This document shows positions 29,575-38,300 of a DNA stretch of 64,000 nucleotides, one piece after another. The notes below the pieces were generated by a model. That model was given only the letters and a program-made list of their open reading frames with translations. It searched no databases and was not told where the DNA came from. The DNA comes from an uncultured Rubrivivax sp. (lineage in GTDB: Bacteria; Pseudomonadota; Gammaproteobacteria; Burkholderiales; Burkholderiaceae_C), in contig CAZBUU010000001.1 in NCBI GenBank assembly GCA_964495125.1, forward strand, positions 30,370-94,369. Reading direction: 5' to 3'. Every line of letters starts with the position of its first letter. Position 1 is the stretch's first letter. A program made the translations under genes and the position numbers.

Positions 29575-30262
29575 TGTCGCCTTGAAGGGCCTGGCCGGCC
29601 TGCTGGTCGCGCTGGCCGTGGGTTCCGCCTTCGGCCAGGCCGCGAACACCCGCGAGCAGGAGCAGATCCGCCGCCTGCGCCAGCAGGTGCAGCAACTGCA
29701 GGCCGAGCAGGCCGCCCAGCAGCAGCAGGCCCAGCGTGCCGGCGCCGAGAAGGCGCAGGCCGAGGCGAAGCTGGATGCAGCGGCCCAGCAGCTGCGTCGC
29801 ACGCAGATCCAGGTCGGCGCGCAGGCGCGCACTGCGGAGCAGGCGCGCAAGGAGATGGAAGCCCTGCAGCAGGAGCGCAACGCGCTGCAGGCCGCGGCCG
29901 ATGCCTTGAAGGCCGAACTGCAGGAGGCGGGCCGCAGCCTGGCCACGCTGCGCAGCGAGCACACCCGGCTGCAGAACCGGCTGGCCCTGCGGGACGACGG
30001 CTTTGCCGACCTCGAGCGCCGACATGCGACGCAGGCGCAGGGCCTGCAGCAGTGCGTCGCCAACAACCAGGCGCTGCATGCCCTGGGCAAGGAACTGCTG
30101 CAACGCTGGGTCGACAAGGGCGTGCTCGAGACCGCCGCTCAGGTTGAGCCTCTGTTCCAACTCCGGCGCGTGGAACTGGAGAATCTCGTGCAGGGCTACG
30201 ACCACAAGCTCGACAGGCAGGCGCTGAAGGCCGGCGCTTCGGGAGACCTCCGTGCACCCTGA
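29561..30262 (+). CDS. Exported coiled-coil protein
   Basis: Signal peptide, long heptad-rich Q/A/E/R helix, C..NN..L...EP...RRVELENL.Q.Y tail. Confidence 0.7.
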   Translation: MSASDVALKGLAGLLVALAVGSAFGQAANTREQEQIRRLRQQVQQLQAEQAAQQQQAQRAGAEKAQAEAKLDAAAQQLRRTQIQVGAQARTAEQARKEMEALQQERNALQAAADALKAELQEAGRSLATLRSEHTRLQNRLALRDDGFADLERRHATQAQGLQQCVANNQALHALGKELLQRWVDKGVLETAAQVEPLFQLRRVELENLVQGYDHKLDRQALKAGASGDLRAP

Positions 30263-30968
30263 TGGGCGCCGGGCCCTCACGCTGCTGGCCAGCGCCCTGG
30301 TCACCGGACTCACCGCGTCGCCCGCGCTGGCGGAGGACGAGGACCGCGCACTGCTTCCTTTCGCCAGGCCGGCCGCTGCAGCCGCGCGGGGCGCGCCGGT
30401 CGATGTCCTGGAGTGGGAGAGACGCACCCGCGCACCCGACCGTCTCGGTCCCGTGCCGCTGCGGGCCGGCGACCTGGCCCTGCTGGCCGCGGCGCGTGCC
30501 GAGCGGTGGACCGAGGCGCAGGACCTCGTCAAGTCGGGCAAGGCGGCTGTCAATGCCCGTGACGAACGGGGCGCCCATGTGCTGGTGATGGCGGCACGTG
30601 CCGGCCAGGACGAACTGCTGCGCGAGCTTCTCAGGCGCGGTGCCGATCCCGATCGTGTCGGCGAGGACGGCTACACGGCACTCGGTGCCGCGGCTGCAGC
30701 GGGGCGTCGCAGCACGGTGCGGCTGCTGATGCTCGCCGGCGCGGATCCGCAGCGCTGGGGCGCCAGCGGTCAGACGGCCCTGCATCTGGCGGCCTTGAGC
30801 GGCCAGGTCGAGGTCCTCGGCGAACTGTTACGCCTGGGCACCGATATCGAGCAGTTGAACCGCCAACGCGAGAGTGCGCTGGACGTGGCCGCCAACGCCA
30901 ACCAGCAGGCCGCGATGGACCTCCTGATTCAGGGGGGAGCCGACCTCATGAAGGCCGGTCAGCGATGA
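30252..30968 (+). CDS. Exported ankyrin-repeat protein
   Basis: RR-containing signal peptide; GYTALGAAA, GQTALHLAA and ESALDVAA ankyrin repeats. Confidence 0.8.
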   Translation: MHPDGRRALTLLASALVTGLTASPALAEDEDRALLPFARPAAAAARGAPVDVLEWERRTRAPDRLGPVPLRAGDLALLAAARAERWTEAQDLVKSGKAAVNARDERGAHVLVMAARAGQDELLRELLRRGADPDRVGEDGYTALGAAAAAGRRSTVRLLMLAGADPQRWGASGQTALHLAALSGQVEVLGELLRLGTDIEQLNRQRESALDVAANANQQAAMDLLIQGGADLMKAGQR

Positions 30969-30971
30969 AAC

Positions 30972-30989
30972 ATGGTCCGAACGAACCAC
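30972..30989 (+). promoter_or_regulatory. Palindromic motif, copy 2
   Basis: ATGGTCCGAACGAACCAC upstream of the PEP-CTERM gene at 31194. Confidence 0.55.
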
Positions 30990-31065
30990 CTGCTCGGGCT
31001 CTCTGCCGAAGCGCTGTCGCGCGCGGAGGTCACCCTGTCGCGGTAGGACAAGACGCGGCTTCGGT

Positions 31066-31083
31066 GGTGTTCATTCGGACTAG
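31066..31083 (-). promoter_or_regulatory. Palindromic motif, copy 3
   Basis: Minus strand CTAGTCCGAATGAACACC, 13/18 identical to copy 2. Confidence 0.45.
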
Positions 31084-31193
31084 CGGGCCACGTCCTCGCA
31101 GCGGGTTGTTTGAAACACCACATCCCTAGAGTTCTTCGAAGGTTAGACATCACGGTCGAACCGCTTCCACCACTCTCAATCAGGAGTAGACCC

Positions 31194-32048
31194 ATGAAAT
31201 CATCGCTTCGCGCCACCGCGCTGGCCGTCGCTGCCCTCGCGGCCGGCTTCGCGCACGCGGGTGTTGTGAACAGCAGCACCGGCGACGGTTCGGTGCTGTT
31301 CGTCGCCATCGACAGCAACAGCAACACCGGCTTCATCGCCGACCTGGGCATCGCGATGTCCGCCTTCACCGGCGGCAGCATGACCGGCGTCGACGCCACC
31401 TGGAACTTCGCGACCGACACCAGCTCGCTGGGCTCGGTGACCGGCAACGAGTGGGCCGCCGCTTTCAACACCTTCAAGACGACGCAGTCCGGCGGTGACC
31501 TGCAGTGGGCCGTGATCTCCGGCGACGGCGTCAACGGCGGCACCATCTCCGGCCGCGGCTTCCTGGCCACCGGCAACGCCACGCAGACCGAGATGCTGGC
31601 GGCCAGCACCTCCGGCCCCACGGGCACCGGCCTGGGCAACCTGGCGAACTTCATCGCCACCGCCGCCAACCTGGGCACGCTGACCAGCGCGACCAATGGC
31701 GCCGCCGCGACGGACGCCACCAACGGCCTGGCCTGGCTCACGGGCAATTCGTCGATCAAGGGCAACTTCGGCGGCCAGCTGACCTGGAACTACCTGATGG
31801 CCAACGGCGCCACCTCGACGTTCCAGTGGCAGCAGCAGGTCGTCGCCAACCCGGTGGTGAACCAGTTCAGCATGCAAGGCACGGCCAACACGATCGACTC
31901 CCTGTCTGCCAGCCCTGCCACGTTCTCGTTCGACGTCGAGACCAGCACGCTCACCTGGGTCAGCGCCGTGCCGGAACCCGGTACCTACGCCATGTTGCTG
32001 AGCGGCCTGGCCGCCTTCGGCTTCATCGCCCGCCGCCGCAAGGCCTGA
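31194..32048 (+). CDS. PEP-CTERM surface protein (Thr/Ala/Gly/Asn-rich)
   Basis: AGGAG RBS, signal peptide, C-terminal VPEPGTYAMLLSGLAAFGFIARRRKA. Confidence 0.88.
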   Translation: MKSSLRATALAVAALAAGFAHAGVVNSSTGDGSVLFVAIDSNSNTGFIADLGIAMSAFTGGSMTGVDATWNFATDTSSLGSVTGNEWAAAFNTFKTTQSGGDLQWAVISGDGVNGGTISGRGFLATGNATQTEMLAASTSGPTGTGLGNLANFIATAANLGTLTSATNGAAATDATNGLAWLTGNSSIKGNFGGQLTWNYLMANGATSTFQWQQQVVANPVVNQFSMQGTANTIDSLSASPATFSFDVETSTLTWVSAVPEPGTYAMLLSGLAAFGFIARRRKA

Positions 32049-32145
32049 TCCCCTTCCATCGCCATCGGGCGAAGCCCCGTCCCGGCCACGCGCCGGTGAC
32101 GGTGGCTCAACTCGCCCTGCTTTCCACCCTGCAAGGAGTTTCCCC

Positions 32146-33504
32146 ATGAAGTTCACGAAGATCATGGCCGCTGTCGCGGCCTTGGCCGGTACCTCGGCCT
32201 TCGCCCTGCCCAACGCCGACGAAGTGGCCATCACCGCCGGCGCCTCGGCCTCCCGCGCCAACATGATTTCCGCCTTCGTCTCGCTGTGCACCAGCGGCGG
32301 CGGTGTCGCCACCCAGCTGGGCAGCGGCAACTTCCGCTCCGTCGTGTGCGCCGACAGCACCGTCACCGAAGGCCCCGCCGGCACCTATGTCAGCAAGGCC
32401 CCGACCGCCTTCAAGAAGCTCGCCGGCACCAACTTCGTCGAAGTGCGCATCAACACCGAAGGCTCGTTCAGCTCGGTGATCCTGCTGAACCCCAGCCTGA
32501 ACCCGAACCCCACGGTGCGCAACCCGGCGACGGCTTCCAACAGCGCCGTCTACCCGGTGGCGGGTGTGGATGGCTTCCCGGGCAGCGGCGCCGCCGTGCG
32601 CATCGGCGGCCTGCTGGACCTGGACGCCGCCAACGGCTTCCCCGCGACGACCATCGGCGCCAACACGCTGTACACGACGAACAAGGTCGGCATCGCCCAG
32701 ACCTTCGGCGTCGGCGCCACGAACGCGCTGTACGACAAGATGTACGCGGCGCAGAAGGCTGCCGGCCTGATCCCGGCCGCCACCTGCGACGCGCTGGCGC
32801 CCGCCGCCCGCTACGCCACCAGCTACTGCGTGCCCTCCATCAGCATCGCCCAGATGGCCACCATCATGGCCGACAACCCCTTCAACGCCGCCTACAGCAA
32901 CGGCCTGGGCTTCCTGACCGGCGACGCCGCCGACGTCGGCGTGGAGCTGCGCTATGCCCGCCGCGTGAACAACTCCGGCACGCAGGGCGTGGCGCAGGCC
33001 TACTTCCTGGGCCTGCCCTGCTCGCGTGAGCCCCTGTCGATCGTTCCCGAGCCGACCGGTGACGACGAGCCGGGCGGCCTGAAGGATGCGCTGATCACCT
33101 CGATCCGCGTGCTGGCCTCGCCGGGCACCGGTGACGTCCTGAACGAACTGAATGCCACGACCAACCTCGACGGTTCCACGAAGTACGCCCTGGGCGTGGT
33201 CTCCGGCGAGAACGCCCAAGCCACCAACACCAACTGGCGTTGGCTGCGCGTGAACGGTGTCGCGATGGCCGAGAAGGCCGACCCGATCGGCAACATCAAC
33301 ACCGCCAGCGCGATCAACGGCCAGTACAACTTCGCGTTCGAGAGCGTGTACATGGGCGGCAGCGCCGCTGCCGACGCCTTCTGGGCGACCGTGTCGGCCA
33401 CCATGAACGCGCTGCCCGCGCCCTCCGGCCTCATCAACAACACCACGCTGAGCGCCGGCTACAACAAGAACGGCCTGGCCTGCCAGGGTTGGTCGTCGAA
33501 CTGA
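32146..33504 (+). CDS. Secreted protein with PstS/PBP-like motif
   Basis: AAGGAG RBS, signal peptide, ITAGASASR N-terminal motif, RRVNNSGTQ (PstS-type R.xxSGT), INGQYNFAFE, 6 Cys, strongly optimal-looking codons. Confidence 0.6.
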   Translation: MKFTKIMAAVAALAGTSAFALPNADEVAITAGASASRANMISAFVSLCTSGGGVATQLGSGNFRSVVCADSTVTEGPAGTYVSKAPTAFKKLAGTNFVEVRINTEGSFSSVILLNPSLNPNPTVRNPATASNSAVYPVAGVDGFPGSGAAVRIGGLLDLDAANGFPATTIGANTLYTTNKVGIAQTFGVGATNALYDKMYAAQKAAGLIPAATCDALAPAARYATSYCVPSISIAQMATIMADNPFNAAYSNGLGFLTGDAADVGVELRYARRVNNSGTQGVAQAYFLGLPCSREPLSIVPEPTGDDEPGGLKDALITSIRVLASPGTGDVLNELNATTNLDGSTKYALGVVSGENAQATNTNWRWLRVNGVAMAEKADPIGNINTASAINGQYNFAFESVYMGGSAAADAFWATVSATMNALPAPSGLINNTTLSAGYNKNGLACQGWSSN

Positions 33505-33555
33505 GTGCCGGAAGCCTGCGGCGCCGGCCTGTCCGGCGCTGACGCCGGCTGATGG

Positions 33556-33590
33556 AAGAGCCGCCCGCCACCGCGGGCGGCTCTTTGCGT
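33556..33590 (+). terminator. Rho-independent terminator
   Basis: AAGAGCCGCCCGC-cacc-GCGGGCGGCTCTT 13-bp stem followed by T-rich bases, after the 32146 gene. Confidence 0.75.
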
Positions 33591-33649
33591 TGGCCGGGCG
33601 CTCCACCCGGGCGCCTGGTCGTTCATGAAGCGAAGTTCCCGATCCCTCC

Positions 33650-35308
33650 ATGCCCGTGATCCCTGCCTGCTGGCGTGTCCTGAAGATGACCCTGTGCGCC
33701 TTGGGTGTCGCCTGCCTGCCGGGGCCGGCCGCGGCCCAGGCACCGCAAGCGCCGGCCGAGGGCGGCCCCCGCTTCGACATCCTCGAGTTCGTGGTCGTCG
33801 GCGACACGTTGCTGGGCGCTGCCGCCATCGAGCGCGCCGTCTATCCCTTCCTGGGGCCGGGCCGCACGGCGGGCGACGCCGAAGACGCCCGCAAGGCGCT
33901 CGAGCGCGCCTACCAGGCCGCCGGCTACCTCAGCATCGCCGTGACGCTGCCGCAGCAGCGCGTGGACGCTGGCGAGGTCCGGCTGGAGGTGACGCAGGCG
34001 ACCGTCGACCGCCTCAGCGTCACGGGCGCGAAGTTCCACCTGCCCAGCCGCATCCGCGAGGCCCTGCCCAGCCTGGCGCCGGGCAACGTGCCCAATTTCA
34101 ACGAGATGCAGGCCGAACTCGGGCTGCTGGCACGCGCCAGCGCCGACCGCGAGATCACGCCGCTGCTGAGCGCCGGCGAGCGGCCGGGCACCCTGGCCGT
34201 CGAACTGAAGGTGCAGGACGAACTGGCGCTGCACGGCTCCACCGAGATCAACGACAAGCAGTCGGTGGGCACCGAGACCGGCCGCTTCGAAGCCGGGCTC
34301 AGCTACGGCAACCTGTTTCAGCGCGGCCACAGCCTGGGGCTGAACTGGTTCTACTCGCCACGCCAGCCGAAGCAGGCCAACATCCTGTCGGCCACCTACC
34401 AGTTCCCGCTGGGCGGCCCGGGCGACCGGCTGGTGCTGTCGGCCACGAATTCCGACAGCGACACGCCCACCACGCTGGGTGGCGCCACGGTTTCGCGCGG
34501 CAAGACCGTGCGCCTGCTGTGGCGCGACGAACTGCCCGAGCGCGAAGGCCTGAACCACGCGCTGAGCTGGGGCCTGACCTACCACGACCTGAACGATCGC
34601 AACCAGGATGTGGCGGGGTTCACCCTGGAGACACCCCACCTGCGCTACGTCACGGCGCAGGCCGCCTACGACTGGAACTGGGCCGGCGCGGGCGGCGTGG
34701 CCGGGCGGCAGAGCAGCCTGCGTGCCGAGCTCACCGTCAGCCTGCCTGGCATGAACCGGCGCACGGTGGATTGCAGTGGCGTGGAGCGCGAGCAGTTCGC
34801 CTGCAAGCGCGAGGCCGCCGGCCCGGGCTTCCAGGTGCTGGGCCTGACGCTGTCGCACCGCGAGCCTCTGGGCCGCTGGGCACTGGTGACGCGGATGCAG
34901 GCGCAGATTGCGGACGCGCCGCTCGTACCTTCCGAGCAGGTGGCCTACGGCGGCGAGGACAGCGTGCGCGGCTACCACGACGGCGAGTTGTCGGCCGACC
35001 TGGGCATGGCGCTGCGCTTCGAACTGCAGACGCCGCAGGCCCAGTGGCGCGAGCGCTGGACCCTGGGCGCCTTCGGTTTCTTCGACGCCGCCGGGCTCAG
35101 GCGGCTGTACGCGCTGAGCACCGAGCCGGCGAACCAGTCCATGGCCAGTGCCGGCGCCGGCCTGCGCCTGGGGGCGCCGCGCGGCTTCGAGGCCGGCCTG
35201 TCCTGGGCGCGTGCGCTGCGGGCGACGTCGCGCCAGACGAACGGGCTGCGCGAGACCCTGACCGAGGCCGGCGCCCGCTGGTCCTTCTTCCTGCGCCACA
35301 GTTTCTGA
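33650..35308 (+). CDS. Two-partner secretion transporter TpsB (ShlB/FhaC/HecB family)
   Basis: POTRA (FDILEFVVVGDTLL...LERAYQAAGY...LPQQ), SVRGY motif, beta-barrel ending in F. Confidence 0.9.
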   Translation: MPVIPACWRVLKMTLCALGVACLPGPAAAQAPQAPAEGGPRFDILEFVVVGDTLLGAAAIERAVYPFLGPGRTAGDAEDARKALERAYQAAGYLSIAVTLPQQRVDAGEVRLEVTQATVDRLSVTGAKFHLPSRIREALPSLAPGNVPNFNEMQAELGLLARASADREITPLLSAGERPGTLAVELKVQDELALHGSTEINDKQSVGTETGRFEAGLSYGNLFQRGHSLGLNWFYSPRQPKQANILSATYQFPLGGPGDRLVLSATNSDSDTPTTLGGATVSRGKTVRLLWRDELPEREGLNHALSWGLTYHDLNDRNQDVAGFTLETPHLRYVTAQAAYDWNWAGAGGVAGRQSSLRAELTVSLPGMNRRTVDCSGVEREQFACKREAAGPGFQVLGLTLSHREPLGRWALVTRMQAQIADAPLVPSEQVAYGGEDSVRGYHDGELSADLGMALRFELQTPQAQWRERWTLGAFGFFDAAGLRRLYALSTEPANQSMASAGAGLRLGAPRGFEAGLSWARALRATSRQTNGLRETLTEAGARWSFFLRHSF

Positions 35309-35335
35309 AAGCGCGGCGACGCACGGAGCCCCACC

Positions 35336-38300
35336 ATGAACAAGTCGCTGCACCGCCTCATCTTCAGCCGCCGCCTGGGCATGCGCGTGGCCGTCGCCGA
35401 GACGGCACGCAGCTGCGGCAAGGTGGCAGCGGCCGGCACCGTGCTGGCCGCCGGCGTGCTTGCGGTCACCGCGCCGGCCCTGGCCCAGACGCCCGCCCGC
35501 CCGCCCGTGGTCTTCGGCAGCAAGGCGGCCAACAAGCCGGCGCCGACCCAGCTGCCCAAGCCCTACGCGAACAGCGCGAACAAGACCTTCCGCCCCTTCG
35601 CCTACGACCCCGCCAAGGGCCCGGGCACCAGCAGCAGCCCCAACGACCTGGCGGCCCAGGGCCTGGTGAGCTGGACCGTGAACGGCAGCAGTGCCGTGTT
35701 CGACCAGGGCCAGGTGCCCCGGGTCGTCGTCAACTGGGACAGCTTCGACATCGGCAGCGCGGCGACGGTGGAGTTCCGGCAGAGCAGCGACACCGGCCAG
35801 CTCGTCTCGGCGCTGAACCGCATCTGGAGCGCCGACCCGAGCGTCATCATGGGCACGCTCAAGGCCAACCGCGAAGTCATCCTGCTGAACGCCAACGGGG
35901 TGTACTTCGGCCGCGGCGCGCGCGTGGACACGGGCCGCTTCGTCGCCGCCGCGAACTCGCTGGCTGATGCGGTGTTCGAGAAGGGCCTGCGCAACGTCAC
36001 CGACGGCAGCAGCGTCTTCACGGCCCCGGGCGATGGCTATCCGGCCACCGATGCCACAGGGGGGCCGATCGACTACCGCAATGCGGTGGTCAGCGTCGAG
36101 GACGGCGCGCTCATCCGCGCCGCGGCCGGTGGTGACGTGCTGCTGATCGCGCCGCGCGTGACCAACGCCGGCCGCATCGAGACCCCCAAGGGGCAGACCG
36201 TGCTCGCCGCCGGCGAGAAGGTCTACCTCATGAGTTCGTCGGACAGCGCACAGCGCGGGCTCATCGTCGCCGTCGATCCCTTCAAGCTCGGCGGCAGCAC
36301 CCAGGTCGACGAAACGCTGGGCGTTGCCGAGAACCAGGCCAACGGCAGCTTCAAGACCGTGGGCGGTGGCACGGTGGACGACAGCACGCCCGACACCACG
36401 GCGGGCCTCGTGAAGCAGCTCAACGAGATCCGCGCCGACAGCGGCACGGTGAACCTGGTGGGCCTGCTGGTGCGCCAGCAGGGGCAGATCAACGCCACCA
36501 CCGCCGTCAAGGGTGCCAACGGCAGCATCCACCTGCAGGCCATGGGTTCGACGGTGGCGGCCGTGGGCGGCACCGCGGCCACCACGCCGGCGTCGCGCCG
36601 CGGCTGGGTCACCGAGGACGGCTCCACGGTGCGCCTGAGCGCCGGCGGCGGCAGCGTGGAGATCGGCGCCGGCAGCGTCACCGCGGTGCTGCCGTCGGGC
36701 GACGGCGCGACCCAGCTCGACGCCGAGGTCTTCAACAAGTCACGCATCCGCGTCGAAGGCGAGAGCATCGCCGTCGGCAGCGGCGCGCGCGTCGAGGCGC
36801 CTTCGGGCAAGGTGGAACTGCTGGCGGCGAGCAACCGCCTCACGAGCGCCTTGTTCGACAGCGGGCTGGTGGCCACCTTGCCCCCGACCGACGACAGCCG
36901 CATCGTCATCGCGCCCGATGCCTTCATCAACGTCGCCGGCCTGGCCGGCGTGCAGGTCGACGGCGAACGCAACCAGGCGTCCCTGCGGCTGTTCCGCATC
37001 GAGTTGGCCGACGCCCCGGTGCAGCGCGACGGGCCGCTGTACCGCGGCCAGGTCTACTTCGATCTGCGCGACGGCAGCAAGGTCACGGTGGCCGACGTCA
37101 GCGCTGCGGCCGCGTCCATCGGGCGCACGGCCCGGGAGCGCTCCACGGCCGGCGGCGAACTGCGGGTGGCGGCGGAGAACGCCGTCGTCGTCGGCGAAGG
37201 TGCGCGGCTCGACGTGTCGGGCGGTTCGCTGCACTACTCGGCGGCCACGATAGAGAGCTCGCTGCTGGTGCGCGACGGCCACGTCATCGCGTTCTCGAAC
37301 GCGAAGGCCGGGGTCAGCTACGAGGCCTTGCGCTCCGACCGGCTGCTGACCACGGTGCCAGCGTACGACGAGGGCCGCGATGGCGGCAGTCTGCTCCTCG
37401 ACGGGCGACGTCTGGCGCTGGCCGGCAGCCTGACGGGCCAGGTGCTCGAGGGCGAGCGACAGCGCGCCGGCACGTCCCCGCGTGCCGCCCCGGCCTCGCT
37501 CACGGTAGGGCGCACGCTCGGTGGCGGCTACTCGCTGGCCGGCGTCGAACTGGGCGGCGCGGCGGCCCCCCTGGACCAGAGCCTCTTTGCCAACCCGCTG
37601 ACTGCGGCGCTGGACGCCCTGCCGGCCACGGCCGTGCTGTCGTTGGACGCCGTGGCGCAGGGCGGATTCGGCGCGCTGGCCCTGCGCGCCGACGAAGTGA
37701 CGCAGCCTTTGTTCGGCCGCCTCGACCTGGGCATCAAGGGCAGCCTGGACATCCTGGCCAGGACGGTCGCGCTCGACGGCGAGTTCGCGGCCCCCGGCGG
37801 CAGCGTGGCGGTGGCCACCACCAGTGCCGACGGCAGCTCGGCCGCCACGGGCCTGGGCGACATCGGCCTGAGCGGCCGCACCCGGCTGGACACCGCGGGT
37901 CGCTGGACGAACGACACGCGGCTGTCGGGTACCGCGGGAGACGAGCCCCTGCAACTCGCGGGCGGCAAGGTCACGCTGACGGCAGCGCATTCGGTGCTTG
38001 CCCAGCCGGGCGCGGTGATCGACGTGTCCGGCGGTGCCCGCCTGTCGGGCAGCGGCAGCTTCAGCAGCGGCAGCGCGGGTTCGATCTCGGTCAGTGCCGG
38101 GCGCTCGGTCGACTTCGCCACTGAACTTCGGCTGGAAGGCGTGGCCCTGCGCGGGTTCGACTTCGGTGCCGGCGGCACGCTCACGCTGGGCACGCCGGCG
38201 CTCACGGTCGGCGCCGCCGATGCCGGCGCGTTGACGTTGGCGCCGGCCTTCTTCTCCAGCGGCGGTTTCGGCAGCATCACGCTCAACGCCTACGGCGACG

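Noticed and set aside
31085-31100. GG-N10-GC spacing (GGGCCACGTCCTCGCA) as a sigma-54 promoter for the PEP-CTERM gene
   Set aside because: Poor match to TGGCACG-N4-TTGC; GG-N10-GC is frequent by chance at this GC content
33623-36532. Long antisense or alternative-frame ORFs (e.g. 969 aa at 33623-36532, 966 aa at 39260-42160, 760 aa at 9693-11975, 694 aa at 1228-3312)
   Set aside because: Shadow ORFs of real genes in GC-rich DNA; they overlap well-supported CDSs and have no recognisable motifs
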